This document shows positions 51,928-62,150 of a stretch of DNA of 64,000 bases, in pieces. The notes under the pieces are model-generated. The model searched no databases. It was not told the DNA's origin and saw only the letters and a program-made list of their open reading frames with translations. This DNA is from a virus. A program made the position numbers and the translations under genes. The number at the start of each line of letters is the position of its first letter. Positions within the stretch are counted from its first letter, which is position 1. The stretch covers positions 1-64,000 of the IMG/VR virus record IMGVR_UViG_3300033144_003384; one strand, given 5' to 3'.

Positions 51928-52680
51928 TCAATCTGTTCGCGAATTCCCACCGAATATCTCCTTTTCCAGATACGCAACAAGTTGCGCTCCTGTTGTGTTG
52001 CCCGGATAGTCGTCGCTTCTTGCCTTTAGCCACCGAATAAAGTCGTACCAGCGTGCCTGGTGGTTTTGGGATTCAAAGACGAGCGTGTATTGTACGAGGT
52101 GTCTCTTCGATCCGGACAGTCCAGCGGCAGTAGAGCCAGACGTGACTAGGTCTTTCTCCATGTCTTTGTCTCCGGTAAAGTGGAGCTGTTCGTCATCTTC
52201 GCTGATGAGTTCGGGCGGTTGCCATCCGACGTTCGCTGGCGAAGGCTCCGGGTTGAGGACTGGCTCCATGGCCGCCATCTCATATTCGTCCCAAGCTAAT
52301 GCCTCGAATACGTCTCCGTATTCTTCAAAATGCTGTTCTAGCATCTCGTACACAATGTTGGTGTCGATGGTTCCGAGTTCTGATGTACGGTTGTCGGCTA
52401 AGGCATATGCGGCGGCTTTGCTGTCGTCGAAAGGAACCCTGGTGGCTGCTATGTGCGTCCAGCCTAGTTTGATTGCACCCTTCAAAGAGGTATTTCCGGC
52501 AATGACGGTGAGGCCCCCGTCGGTGTCCTCGACCACCACGACGGGTTTGGTCTGTCCGAATCTGTCATAGGATGCGGCAACCGCGTCAACGTCACCATGC
52601 CTGGGGTTGATCGGCAACAGCTTGATTGTGTTGATTGGCGTGATTAGCGATAGCAGGTCTTCGTGGATTTTGTGCTTCAT
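51928..52680 (-). CDS. ParB N-terminal domain protein
   Basis: NPRHGDV..VA.S..RFGQ.KP.VV...VIAGN...LGW...A.ALADNRTSEL. Confidence 0.88.
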   Translation of the reverse strand: MKHKIHEDLLSLITPINTIKLLPINPRHGDVDAVAASYDRFGQTKPVVVVEDTDGGLTVIAGNTSLKGAIKLGWTHIAATRVPFDDSKAAAYALADNRTSELGTIDTNIVYEMLEQHFEEYGDVFEALAWDEYEMAAMEPVLNPEPSPANVGWQPPELISEDDEQLHFTGDKDMEKDLVTSGSTAAGLSGSKRHLVQYTLVFESQNHQARWYDFIRWLKARSDDYPGNTTGAQLVAYLEKEIFGGNSRTD

Positions 52681-53043
52681 AGCTTTTTCGTTATGCATGT
52701 GCAGCAGCGCCATTCGATAAGCTTTCTACCCGCTGGAGCGTAGTCAAAGACAACTTCAACCCATTCGCCACAGCTAAAGCACTGAAACTCGCCGTTCTCG
52801 TTCATACTGTGCTCGACCAGCCTTCGTCTTCGATGAGGCCCGGACACCAACTACCAACATAGTCTTCCTGAAAGTGGCCCAAAGCTTCTGTGTCAGAATG
52901 TTCGCAAAGCCAGTACATTTTCTCTGGTTCGCCGAGTGCTATGAGGACAGCTTCTTTGAAGTCTTCGCCAGCAATTGTCTCACCGTTTTTCCACCGTTCG
53001 AAGTCTTTTCCAAACAGATGCCTAGCACCTCTGTTGTAATTGA

Positions 53044-53388
53044 TCACGTTTGTGCCCTTACGTTTGCCGAAAGCGTCCGGAGGGCATCAATGGAAGTCCG
53101 GAGACCGTGCATCTTTTCGCGCTTTGCTCGCATAAGAGCATCGGCGACCTTCATGTCAAACATCTCGTCGGCGTTCTCATAATCGGCCCACGCCTCTTTC
53201 TCCTTGACTGACCCTTCCTTCTTTGCCAAAAACGTCATGGCCCACTGTTTCTTGAAGCGTGCCTGTTTCTTTGCTTCATCTTCTGCCGCAATAGCAAAGT
53301 CGTCGGTTTCTTGTTCAAGTAAGGCTACGAGCCTTACAAGTTCTTCTTCGATCTCAATTTGGCTAATCGGCCTATGGTTGGTCGTCAT
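53044..53388 (-). CDS. Helical hypothetical protein
   Basis: GSVKEKEA...IDALRTLSANVR; coupled to ruvC-like gene. Confidence 0.6.
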   Translation of the reverse strand: MTTNHRPISQIEIEEELVRLVALLEQETDDFAIAAEDEAKKQARFKKQWAMTFLAKKEGSVKEKEAWADYENADEMFDMKVADALMRAKREKMHGLRTSIDALRTLSANVRAQT

Positions 53389-53923
53389 CTTGTCCAGTAT
53401 TGTCGATTTCGATGCCCCAGTCAACTGCCTCCAACGCAGAGAGGTTCACTTTCGGCCACGTTCTGTCTGATTGCCCATATGCAACCATTCCCATTTCTTG
53501 CAAAATCCATGCGTCACACTGATCGTCGGCACCCTTGCCGCTGAACGTCATGCCCGTACGTGCAGAGATGGCAGACACAACTTCGGACTTGTTGGCATTG
53601 CCCTTTCCGGTTGCGAATTTGGCGCGGTTCGTTGGCGGCACGATAATAACTTGCCAATCGTTTTCGTACCAAGACAACTTCATCACCCCGCCAAGTTCTC
53701 CGATGGAATGTGCTTGGCTGTGCCTGGCTGCGAAAGAATATCCCTCGACAACGATGACGGGGTTTTCATATCTTGCGATAAAGTCGTTCACCTCGCGTCG
53801 GATAGCGAATAGGCGGACAGCACCTTTCTGCTTGGGTTGTATGACTTCGAGCTTTCCGTCAGGTAACGCAAGGCCCGTAGAGGTAAGGGATAGGTCTACC
53901 CCGATGATTGTTGGGGGGGTCAT
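53372..53923 (-). CDS. ruvC: RuvC-like Holliday junction resolvase
   Basis: IIGVDLSLTSTG, VVEGY, ELGGV, KFATGKGNANK, DDQCDA. Confidence 0.9.
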   Translation of the reverse strand: MTPPTIIGVDLSLTSTGLALPDGKLEVIQPKQKGAVRLFAIRREVNDFIARYENPVIVVEGYSFAARHSQAHSIGELGGVMKLSWYENDWQVIIVPPTNRAKFATGKGNANKSEVVSAISARTGMTFSGKGADDQCDAWILQEMGMVAYGQSDRTWPKVNLSALEAVDWGIEIDNTGQDDDQP

Positions 53924-54309
53924 GTTTCGCCTTTCAGCCACTCGGGAGTAGCTGGCTCGCCGCTTGTCCATGACAGACGAACGTGGTATGCCTCATCATA
54001 CATCCAGTCGTGTGCCCAACCGGGGAGGGCGAGCCCGAGGGATTCCGATAGTGCCGGGTTGTTGCCGATGTTCGTATGGCACTGTCGGCAGATTGACAAA
54101 AGGTTGCGCTCTTCGAGAATGGAGCCACCTTGCGACCGTCGCTTTAGTTCGTGGATATCGGATGATGGCCGCCGGTTGTACACCACGGCACCATCGTAGG
54201 CGGCAAACACGGGGCAGGCTTCACATGCCGGTCGCTCTCGTAGGAGTCGCTCAACGAGGGGTCGCCTTTGCCTGTAGATGGTTTCCTGCTTTTTGGATCG
54301 GTACCTCAT
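53920..54309 (-). CDS. HNH endonuclease
   Basis: CEAC...DIHELKRRSQGG.....NLLSICRQCH. Confidence 0.85.
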   Translation of the reverse strand: MRYRSKKQETIYRQRRPLVERLLRERPACEACPVFAAYDGAVVYNRRPSSDIHELKRRSQGGSILEERNLLSICRQCHTNIGNNPALSESLGLALPGWAHDWMYDEAYHVRLSWTSGEPATPEWLKGET

Positions 54310-55385
54310 GCGAGCGAAGCTATCAGTCCGTCCCATTTCGCTGCGCCCCATTTGGCGTCGAGCGGCTCTAGGGCGACACGTTGGCGGTCTGCCTCTTCTT
54401 GTCTGACTGCTGGATCACGAAGTTCTTTGAAGTGCTTAACCCACTGGGCGTTGTTTTTGGCTGTGCGGCCAATCTTGTATTCTTTCTTCAGTCGCTTGTA
54501 TTCGCCAGAGTCGGAGGCTACGAACGGGATTCCTGCAGCTGCGTACTCGATACCTTTGATCCAGCTTTTCGATTCATTGAATGGTGATTTGCGAATCGGG
54601 ACGACCCCGATGTCGAACCGCATGAGGTCGTCGAGTCGTTCGGGTGGTACGGGGAGGAGGATGGTGACGTCGTCTTTCCCGAGCCCGACGACGTCGTAAA
54701 AGTGTGGGTGATATCCGACGTGGCCTGAATGGTGGTATCTCCACCCTTCGGTGCCGATCGTTCGGTATAGGCTTTTCAATATGTCGAGGTCTCCGGATGT
54801 GCGGTGTGCTGTTGATCCGATCCATCCGACAGTTGGCCGGTCTTCTTCTTCGTGTACATGTGGCGTGAATTTGTCGAGTTCTACATGGTTCTCCATGATG
54901 TGAATTTTGTCGGATGCAACGAATTGACTTAGTCTTTTCGCTAAGTAGGGGGTGGATGTGATGACGGCGTCCGACACGGCGAGCGTCTTGCGATAGTGGT
55001 CGGTGTTTTCGTTTGGGTGGGCTCTTGGGTGTGAGGCGTAGTAGGCGAGATTGCCCGGTCCGAGGCCCCAATACCAGTCGTCGATGTCGTTAACGATTAC
55101 GACACCTTTCTTCCTAACTGTTTTGATCTGTTCGGGAATCGAGGCATGCATCCATCGCTGCATTACGATCATGTCAAGCCCGTAAGTGAGGTCTTCCGAA
55201 TCGAATTTACGGATGGCGAATTCTTGAACAGCCGGGTCCCAGGCGAGTTCGCCGAGCACGTAGTTGTGGTTCGTGTATCGGAGGTACTGACCGAGACGGA
55301 TATGTCCGGCTCCGCCAAGGATTTGCGATCCGTCTAGGCGAACTGCTTCTGTTACGAAGTCGCCGGTCGCAATCCCGACTTTCAT
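54306..55385 (-). CDS. Glycosyltransferase (GT-B, GT4-like)
   Basis: DIDD, VGWIGS..H, FDIGVVP....FN.SKS.IK.IEYAAAGIP.VAS. Confidence 0.9.
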   Translation of the reverse strand: MKVGIATGDFVTEAVRLDGSQILGGAGHIRLGQYLRYTNHNYVLGELAWDPAVQEFAIRKFDSEDLTYGLDMIVMQRWMHASIPEQIKTVRKKGVVIVNDIDDWYWGLGPGNLAYYASHPRAHPNENTDHYRKTLAVSDAVITSTPYLAKRLSQFVASDKIHIMENHVELDKFTPHVHEEEDRPTVGWIGSTAHRTSGDLDILKSLYRTIGTEGWRYHHSGHVGYHPHFYDVVGLGKDDVTILLPVPPERLDDLMRFDIGVVPIRKSPFNESKSWIKGIEYAAAGIPFVASDSGEYKRLKKEYKIGRTAKNNAQWVKHFKELRDPAVRQEEADRQRVALEPLDAKWGAAKWDGLIASLA

Positions 55386-55888
55386 TCCAAGTCGGCTTCT
55401 GTGATTTCGTCGAACACCCACGTACCACCAAGTGATGCCCATAGCGCTTCATCTATGACGTTGTAGTCAACGTCGTATTGCTCAATGAGTGCCTTGTGCT
55501 TTTCGATGGACTTTTGAAGGAACGCAGTCATGGACATGTCCTGTTCGGATGTTTCTCCGAGGGCAATGAGGCGGTCTGCTTCGGTGAGGCGTTGCTCTAC
55601 GTAAAAGCGAAACCGTTCAATTTTCTTCTTGCGTTCACTGAAGTTGTGACGCGCTTCGAAGAGAAGAGTTTTCCCGGCTTCGCCCATAGCGTTGTATCGC
55701 TCTCCGGCGACTTTCTCTTCCTTCTCGATTTCATACACTTGCGAGTCGAGGCTGTTGAGAAGCCGCTTGGCTTCTTTCCTCCAGCGTCCTCGCACGTCGG
55801 GAGAACGGAGGTAATCTTTCTGTTCGTCAGTAGCTCTGTTCTTTACGTCTTCAGCTACGAGACGAGCAAATGCGTCGTCGTTTAGCAC
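55382..55888 (-). CDS. Coiled-coil hypothetical protein
   Basis: RBS AAGGA before GTG; helical composition. Confidence 0.6.
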   Translation of the reverse strand: MLNDDAFARLVAEDVKNRATDEQKDYLRSPDVRGRWRKEAKRLLNSLDSQVYEIEKEEKVAGERYNAMGEAGKTLLFEARHNFSERKKKIERFRFYVEQRLTEADRLIALGETSEQDMSMTAFLQKSIEKHKALIEQYDVDYNVIDEALWASLGGTWVFDEITEADLE

Positions 55889-55901
55889 TGTTAGTTCCTT
55901 G

Positions 55902-56681
55902 TTAGTTCCAAGCTGGGCAACGGCTCTTGTAGGCGCACCAGTCACATAGCTTTGATGTTATTGCTGGGAAGTCGCCAGTCTGGCATGACTCCGTCAGATT
56001 TGCTTGCGTGTCCCGCACGAGTCCGTACATGTATTCGCGCGCATCCTTGGTCGGTTCATATGTGACGATTTTCTCACCCGAAATGTACCACAGTTCCATC
56101 CGGTCCACTTCTTGTCCGGTGTCGGTTTCGGTGAGGTCGGCGTACACCATCAGCGGGAATTCTTTGTCCCGATCCCATGGTGACCCTCGGTCGTACGCCT
56201 TGCCAGTCTTGTAGTCCTGGATGACAAGCTTGCCGTCCTCTTCAACGATACGGTCGATGATGCCACGGACTCGGATGCCGGAGATGACCGTTCCGTCTAC
56301 CCACGTTTCCAGGGCAACTGGTTCGGTCTCGTTCGGGTCTTCCATTTTGAGGTAACTCTCTATGAGCCACCATGCTTGCCATCGGAAGTCTCGCTGAGCG
56401 TTTTCTCCCTGTACGATGCCGGTGAGTCTGCCCTTCCATTTCTTTTCCCACAAGTCGCGTGAGATAGTTTTTAGGACGTCTTCGTTCCGGTCGCCTTTAT
56501 CTATTGTCTTGAACAGAACTTCCAGGATTTCGTGGACGAAGGAGCCTTTCAGGGATTCCTGCGTTCCGGGGTCTTTGATCTTGTCGATTTTTGCAAATTT
56601 CACTTTCAGCGGGCATTGGTTGTAGGACAAGATCGTGGATGGGGAAAGGATGGGTGTTGGTACGGGGGTCCAGTCAGTCAT
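55902..56681 (-). CDS. PD-(D/E)XK RecB/Cas4-like exonuclease
   Basis: LSPS...QCP, GSFVHE.LE, RGIIDR, DYKTG, CDWC.Y...C. Confidence 0.9.
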   Translation of the reverse strand: MTDWTPVPTPILSPSTILSYNQCPLKVKFAKIDKIKDPGTQESLKGSFVHEILEVLFKTIDKGDRNEDVLKTISRDLWEKKWKGRLTGIVQGENAQRDFRWQAWWLIESYLKMEDPNETEPVALETWVDGTVISGIRVRGIIDRIVEEDGKLVIQDYKTGKAYDRGSPWDRDKEFPLMVYADLTETDTGQEVDRMELWYISGEKIVTYEPTKDAREYMYGLVRDTQANLTESCQTGDFPAITSKLCDWCAYKSRCPAWN

Positions 56682-57339
56682 CTGTTTCTCTTCTCGGTGC
56701 CGTAAACGCATCTACTTTGCCAGCAGCTTTCTTGCGATGCTCTTCGTTGTCGCAGTAGTAGCTGTATGTCGTCTTGTTTGTGGTCCGGTTGAACGGACAT
56801 GTGCATTTAGGCAAGGTGGTCAATTGGGCAATCCCCTCCGTTGTAGCAAACGTGCCTGATCTTGTTTCCGTACCCGTCGCCCTCCGTCCATTCCACCGCT
56901 GCGCCCGGCTTGTGTTCGCGTGAGGTTCCGCACGACCCTGTATCTGTGGCGCACCACGTGTTTCCGAGGTCCGGCATCGGGTCGCCCGTGTTGGGTTGCG
57001 CGTATGGCGTATATGGTGGTTGTGGAACTGACGGATAAGGATGAGGAGTCCACGGATATGGATTCGGGTCAATAGGTGCGGGCGTGTACGGTGGCGTGTA
57101 TGGACGCGGGAATGGGCCCGTCGCTTCCTCGACCTCAGCCTCATCTTCGTCACGGCCTACGGTTCGATTGTGGCCGACCTTGATGTCGAATATCCCCGAC
57201 ATGGTCAGTTCTGACCACGTATTGAAATCAACAGTAGCGAGGTGGTAGTAGACGCCGCACTCGTCATTCCAGTAGTCGATGTGGTATTCGTCCAGCTCTT
57301 CCCCGTTGTGGTCTTGCCTGGCAATTAGAATAGTCGGCA

Positions 57340-58014
57340 CTAGAACGGCTCCCCGTTGACAACCTCTGCCCCGAGAGCGGTGGCTACAGTCTCGGCGCTC
57401 GTGTCGAGTTTGGTTTGGTCACCGTTCTCCGTTAGCGACTTCACGTAAGTTCCGAACGCTTTGAACAAATCCAACGTCATGGATGCGTACTCCGGCTTCG
57501 GGGCATTCCCGTTCTCAGCCCACCAATCCTGCGCAACCTGAACCTTCTCCGGAGGAAGTCCCTTCAACACGTCAAGCATCTTCTGCCAGCTATCCCCACC
57601 AATGGCCGGGTTCGGATCGACAGGCTCAACCTCTTCGTGAATAGCGAGATGAAGGCCGACACCAAGACGCTGACACGCTTTCTTCAACGCATCCGAATAG
57701 GCGGATTTGTAGTCCTTCCCCAAGTCAAGAATCTCGTTGGAATCTCTGCGAGTCGTGATTTGCGACCCGCCGACAGCTTCGGCAATGCACACATTTCCAT
57801 CAATGTTTGCTGTGATCGAAATGTGGGCGACAACGTAACCATTCGATTCGAACACGTTCGAGATGCGTGACGACCAGTTCCCCGTGCCGAGCACAGAATT
57901 CATACGGTTCACGACCTCGCCGACAGGCACATAGTCCATGCCCTGAATTTGTCTGATCAGGTCATCCGTATATGCCTCTTCAAGTTGCTGTTGTTGTTTT
58001 CTCTCGTCAGTCAT
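57340..58014 (-). CDS. Rad52/Rad22-family single-strand annealing protein (Sak-like)
   Basis: YV....V.NRMN.VLG..NWS, KSA.SDALKKA...LGVGL.L. Confidence 0.88.
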   Translation of the reverse strand: MTDERKQQQQLEEAYTDDLIRQIQGMDYVPVGEVVNRMNSVLGTGNWSSRISNVFESNGYVVAHISITANIDGNVCIAEAVGGSQITTRRDSNEILDLGKDYKSAYSDALKKACQRLGVGLHLAIHEEVEPVDPNPAIGGDSWQKMLDVLKGLPPEKVQVAQDWWAENGNAPKPEYASMTLDLFKAFGTYVKSLTENGDQTKLDTSAETVATALGAEVVNGEPF

Positions 58015-58024
58015 GGGTCCCCTT

Positions 58025-58543
58025 TCAGACCTTGGGTTTCCTGATTGAAACCGATACGGTGCCTTCACCTAATTCGCAGTAGTTGTTTGCATCAACCCCA
58101 AGCTTTTTCAACTGTGTCACACGCCAATAAGACGGTGCAGCGTACTGAAGCATCGAAGTCATCATTTCCTCGGCAGACATCAAAATCTCGCCAGTGTCCA
58201 TGTCTATGGACCTGTCGTGGATTCTGTGCGCCACCTCTCTACCCAATTTCTTGTGGTTCCACTTTTTCCTCGGCCTGCCCTCTTTGCGTTCCACGATGAA
58301 GCCGCCAGGCATCTCGACGAACGGTTTGCGTTCCATGTCGTGAGCGACCACTGTCTCGTACTGTTTGTAGGCGGTGGTGAAGGTTGCCTTTGCAAGATTG
58401 AGGTCGATTAGGCGATTGATAGATCGTTCCGGATCGGATTCGTCTTCGGCAGAAAGCAACGTCAGTCGCTCTAGGTGGTTGACTAGCCGACCTATTTCGG
58501 AAACGGTTTCGTCAAGAGTTAGGTTTAGTGGATCAGTAGGCAT
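58025..58543 (-). CDS. Hypothetical protein heading the recombination operon
   Basis: PRKKWNH...SYWRVTQLKKLG.D...YCE. Confidence 0.65.
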   Translation of the reverse strand: MPTDPLNLTLDETVSEIGRLVNHLERLTLLSAEDESDPERSINRLIDLNLAKATFTTAYKQYETVVAHDMERKPFVEMPGGFIVERKEGRPRKKWNHKKLGREVAHRIHDRSIDMDTGEILMSAEEMMTSMLQYAAPSYWRVTQLKKLGVDANNYCELGEGTVSVSIRKPKV

Positions 58544-58646
58544 AGCCTACATGATAGTCGAACCCTGTGACAGAATCAAGGGTTGTATCTCTTTCATCGA
58601 GTTGCCCGCTTCGTACATCTTGTCGACCATCTGAACTTCTTGCGTT

Positions 58647-59711
58647 CTATCCGTCCAGCCATTCTAAGTTGTTCATCGTCCACTCGACTATTTGTTTCAA
58701 AGATTCGTGGATGTCCATAGGCGGAGCCCAGCCTGCGTTCCTCAAACGAGAACCATCGAGGCTATATCGAAGGTCATGTCCAGGACGCGACGAGTGGAAG
58801 TCAACCATCTCATACTTGAGAGGCTTCCCAATGTAGCCAGCGATTTCCTGAGCGATTTCAAGATTGCTCAGCTCCTCGTCACCAGCGATGTTCCACCAGT
58901 TGGGATGGTCGGAGTAGTCGCCGTCCATATACATGGAAGGCTCATCGTTTTGGAGAATCCACATCAGAGCATCAGCGTGATTCCGAGCATGTAGCCAAAC
59001 CCGAGAGCCAATCTCCCAATGCGTGATGTCTGTGTACCCCTCATCTTCCAGGCTCTTCATCTCTGCTGGATGGGGCTTACCGTGAACCTCAACCGTTTCT
59101 CCGTTGAGGACCTTCTTCATGACCATGGGCACATATTTCTCCGTGTCCTGCCTCTCGCCCACGTTATTCATCGTCCGTGTCAAAATCACGGGAACATCGT
59201 AGGTTCTCCAGTATGCGAAGGCAATTTGTTCTTGCGCTGCCTTCGATGCGGAGTATGGGTTAGAAGGACGAAGGGGGTCGTCTTCTTTGTGCGACACTCC
59301 GGCTGGTGCTGGTCCAAATATCTCATCGGTCCCGATCTGAATGAACTTTTCGGGTTCGGCGAACCTTGCGTAATCGAGCATGGTCGTCGCCAAGTTGACG
59401 TTGTTGCGGATGAATGGCCCAGGGTTCACGATTGACCTATCGACGTGAGAGTCTGCGGCCATGTTCACGATGTAGTCAAAGTCGCCCATGCGGCTTAAGG
59501 TCAGGGGAGTGAATTGCACGTTCAGGTCGTGCCAATGAACAGTCACCCTATCGGGGTCGTATTCTTCGATGTCTGTGAGGCGTTCGATTCTTCCGGCGTG
59601 CCGCAAGGAATCTATTACCACGATTTCCCAGTCAGTGTTTTTGAGCCAATGCTCAACCGCGTGACTCGCTATGAACCCGAGCCCGCCCGTAAGCAGTACG
59701 CGTGTACTCAA
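58647..59711 (-). CDS. rmlB: dTDP-glucose 4,6-dehydratase (RmlB-like)
   Basis: TGGLGFIASH, AADSHVDRSI, TDEIFG, PYSASKA, RPGHDLRY. Confidence 0.92.
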   Translation of the reverse strand: MSTRVLLTGGLGFIASHAVEHWLKNTDWEIVVIDSLRHAGRIERLTDIEEYDPDRVTVHWHDLNVQFTPLTLSRMGDFDYIVNMAADSHVDRSIVNPGPFIRNNVNLATTMLDYARFAEPEKFIQIGTDEIFGPAPAGVSHKEDDPLRPSNPYSASKAAQEQIAFAYWRTYDVPVILTRTMNNVGERQDTEKYVPMVMKKVLNGETVEVHGKPHPAEMKSLEDEGYTDITHWEIGSRVWLHARNHADALMWILQNDEPSMYMDGDYSDHPNWWNIAGDEELSNLEIAQEIAGYIGKPLKYEMVDFHSSRPGHDLRYSLDGSRLRNAGWAPPMDIHESLKQIVEWTMNNLEWLDG

Positions 59712-60164
59712 TCTGTAATCCTCTCAACGGTTGTTCCCTCAGGTGCATTGATAGCCAACATCGTGGAGTAGTCCTTGGAGTAGTGCGGGCGTTTAATTCT
59801 AATGTCCCACTCAGGGATAGGGAACCCGTCCTCCAGTGGCTCAACTCTTACTCCCCACAGGCCATCCTTGCTGTACGCGACCTCGACACGCAAACCATCA
59901 ACCGCCCCAGCAGGGTCTTGGTACTTGACGTCGAACAGTTCCGGCTCGTCGTAGTTGGTGTTGATCTCGTCCAAGTTGTCGACGCCACCGACTTCAACGA
60001 GGTCGTCACTGGTTCCATAGAATGTTATTTCAGTAGTCATGGCCACATTCTATGTGATTTGCATTGTCTCGTCAAGTCGTGTATGGTCGCGCGATGTTTG
60101 CAAAGATTTCATAACGCTGACGAGCTTCAGTTAGATGTTGCGGCGGTGGGTTCACTCGCTAAAT

Positions 60165-60364
60165 CTGGCAGTAGAAGAAGCTCCGGTACGGCTAGAAGGC
60201 AGTCTTAATGACCGACCTCCCGAGACCACATGGAGCGCCAGCGCAGTTCCCAGCGATATGGGGGAGAGTGACAGGACCGAACTCATACAGTCCTGTTGGG
60301 CCAAGATACATTTAACATCCGGATCAACCACATAGCTACCGGAAGCATTTTACCCCATTGCCAG
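60165..60364 (-). ncRNA. Candidate ~200-nt rod-like structured RNA
   Basis: Minus pairings CTGGCAATGGGG/TTCTACTGCCAG, GCTTCCGGTAGCTA/TAGCCGTACCGGAGC, hairpin ACAGGACTG/CGGTCCTGT; -10 TACACT at 60383-60378. Confidence 0.5.
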
Positions 60365-60728
60365 CAAATGGGTGGGTAGTGTATGGCTTACGCTACGAAG
60401 TGGAAGGTTCCTTGGAGTAGGTATGGCGACAGAAGAAATCCTTGAAGAAGTTCCCTGCGACGAGTGCGGCAAGAGCCTCCGCATCATGTTCGCTGGAAAT
60501 GGGCTCGGCCCGCCAGATACGGCCTACAAGCAAGTCGACGGCGGCCTGTGCCTTAACATGGTCGGGCATTACGGCGGCTACACAGACGCACGGTTTTATG
60601 TAGACGATCCGTGGATGGTTCTATGTGACGACTGCTGTGACTGTCTGGTTGAGATGTTCCCGAAGGCGATGGGGCCGTTTGTGTGTTTCACCCGGTTCGG
60701 TGTTGACATCGTTTGACTTTTGGGGTAC

Positions 60729-61442
60729 CTACTCCGTAAGCCGCCGATCGTAGAGAGCCCGTTCTTCCCACAGGATGAGCGGACGGCCAAAATCGGACTT
60801 GGAATGAACCGCCTGCCCCCGGCGGTTCTTCCATTTGGTGGCATAAGGCTCAGGCCATTCGGCATAGTAGTCGCAAGTCTTCTCCCACTCTTCAACAGAG
60901 ATCGCCTTGCCGTAGTGCTTCACATATCCGTCACGCAAGACGTTCTGGCTGCCGCGCACCGTCATCTCTCGTTGGTCGTAGTGCTGATACCGCATCTGCG
61001 GTTGTAGACGGTACATCATTAGGATTTCCCGATACTCCGGCCCTATCCACTTGCGCTCATGCCACGGCTTGTCGACGTCCTCTTCCGTGATGTAGAAATC
61101 GAAGAACCTCATCTTGACGCCGTCGTATTTCCACCAGTTGTCCGGTAGTCCGTCGATGCGTTCATCGGCATCGAAGCAGATCACCCAAGTGGGGTTGTCA
61201 ACACGGGCAGCAGTCAGGGCGACCTGCCTGTTGCGTGCCTCCGCACGTGGACGGTTCGGGTCTAGGTTTGTGCCACGAATAACCGTCTTCACGGCAGGAT
61301 GTGCTTCACAGATATCTGGCGTGTCGTCTGTTGAGAAATCGTCGTACACGTAGATGCCGTCACACCACTGTGCATAATGGTTCAGTGTGTCTTTGATAAT
61401 GTGCGATTCGTTCCGGACTTTGGTGATGCCTGCAACAAACAT
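60729..61442 (-). CDS. Glycosyltransferase family 2 (GT-A)
   Basis: VRNE..I, VYDDFSTDDT, WVICFDADE, VKHYG. Confidence 0.9.
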   Translation of the reverse strand: MFVAGITKVRNESHIIKDTLNHYAQWCDGIYVYDDFSTDDTPDICEAHPAVKTVIRGTNLDPNRPRAEARNRQVALTAARVDNPTWVICFDADERIDGLPDNWWKYDGVKMRFFDFYITEEDVDKPWHERKWIGPEYREILMMYRLQPQMRYQHYDQREMTVRGSQNVLRDGYVKHYGKAISVEEWEKTCDYYAEWPEPYATKWKNRRGQAVHSKSDFGRPLILWEERALYDRRLTE

Positions 61443-61457
61443 ATGTATGCTTTCGTG

Positions 61458-62150
61458 ATGGCCTATTCGAACAAAGATTATCAGTCAGATTTATCCAACC
61501 CGGACATGTTACACCTCAAAACCAGAAAGAGATTTCAGGCATTCTACGATCAATGTGCCTTAGGGTTAGCGAAGCACATTAAGTATGAGGCTGAACGCAT
61601 GAACTGGATATCGTTTCGGCCCAATTCTAGGCTCATCGAGCTGGGGTGCTGCTCTGGTCAAAATGTCGTTGAATGGTTATCCCGTTACCCGACGCTGAGA
61701 TACACGGCAGTTGACGTTTCTCAAGGTTTTGTTGACGAAACGAAACGCAGAGTTGAAGAGGCGGGTTTCGGAGATCGGGTCGTATATCACGTGGGTTTCA
61801 TAGAAGACCTTCCTGGCGGTAACGTTTCTGGGACCTATACGGATGTTGTTCTTACGGAAACACTTGAACACGTTCAAAACCCACTGCCTGTTCTAAAGGT
61901 AGCTTGGTCTCTCGTATCGGATGGTGGAAATCTTTGGATTACGGTGCCGTCACGCAGGGTTGGGACTTATTCTCATGTGCGCGGAATAGCCCCTAAGGAG
62001 CTAAGGGTGCTGTTAACGAAGGCAGGTATAGGTGAAGTTCTATTGTTGGATAAAGTTTCCGACAGAAGCACCGGATTGGCAACCAGGTGTCACGTCACAA
62101 AGACAGGCACTGCCCTACGCCCTTCCCAACGAGTCAGGTCTTCGGGGTAG
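61458..62150 (+). CDS. Class I SAM-dependent methyltransferase
   Basis: LIELGCCSG, AVDVS, DVVLTETLEHVQNP, GG.L.ITVP. Confidence 0.9.
   Translation: MAYSNKDYQSDLSNPDMLHLKTRKRFQAFYDQCALGLAKHIKYEAERMNWISFRPNSRLIELGCCSGQNVVEWLSRYPTLRYTAVDVSQGFVDETKRRVEEAGFGDRVVYHVGFIEDLPGGNVSGTYTDVVLTETLEHVQNPLPVLKVAWSLVSDGGNLWITVPSRRVGTYSHVRGIAPKELRVLLTKAGIGEVLLLDKVSDRSTGLATRCHVTKTGTALRPSQRVRSSG

Noticed and set aside
55902-56681. Cas4-like gene as evidence of CRISPR-Cas
   Set aside because: It sits in a Rad52/RuvC recombination operon; a solo phage exonuclease is the ordinary explanation.
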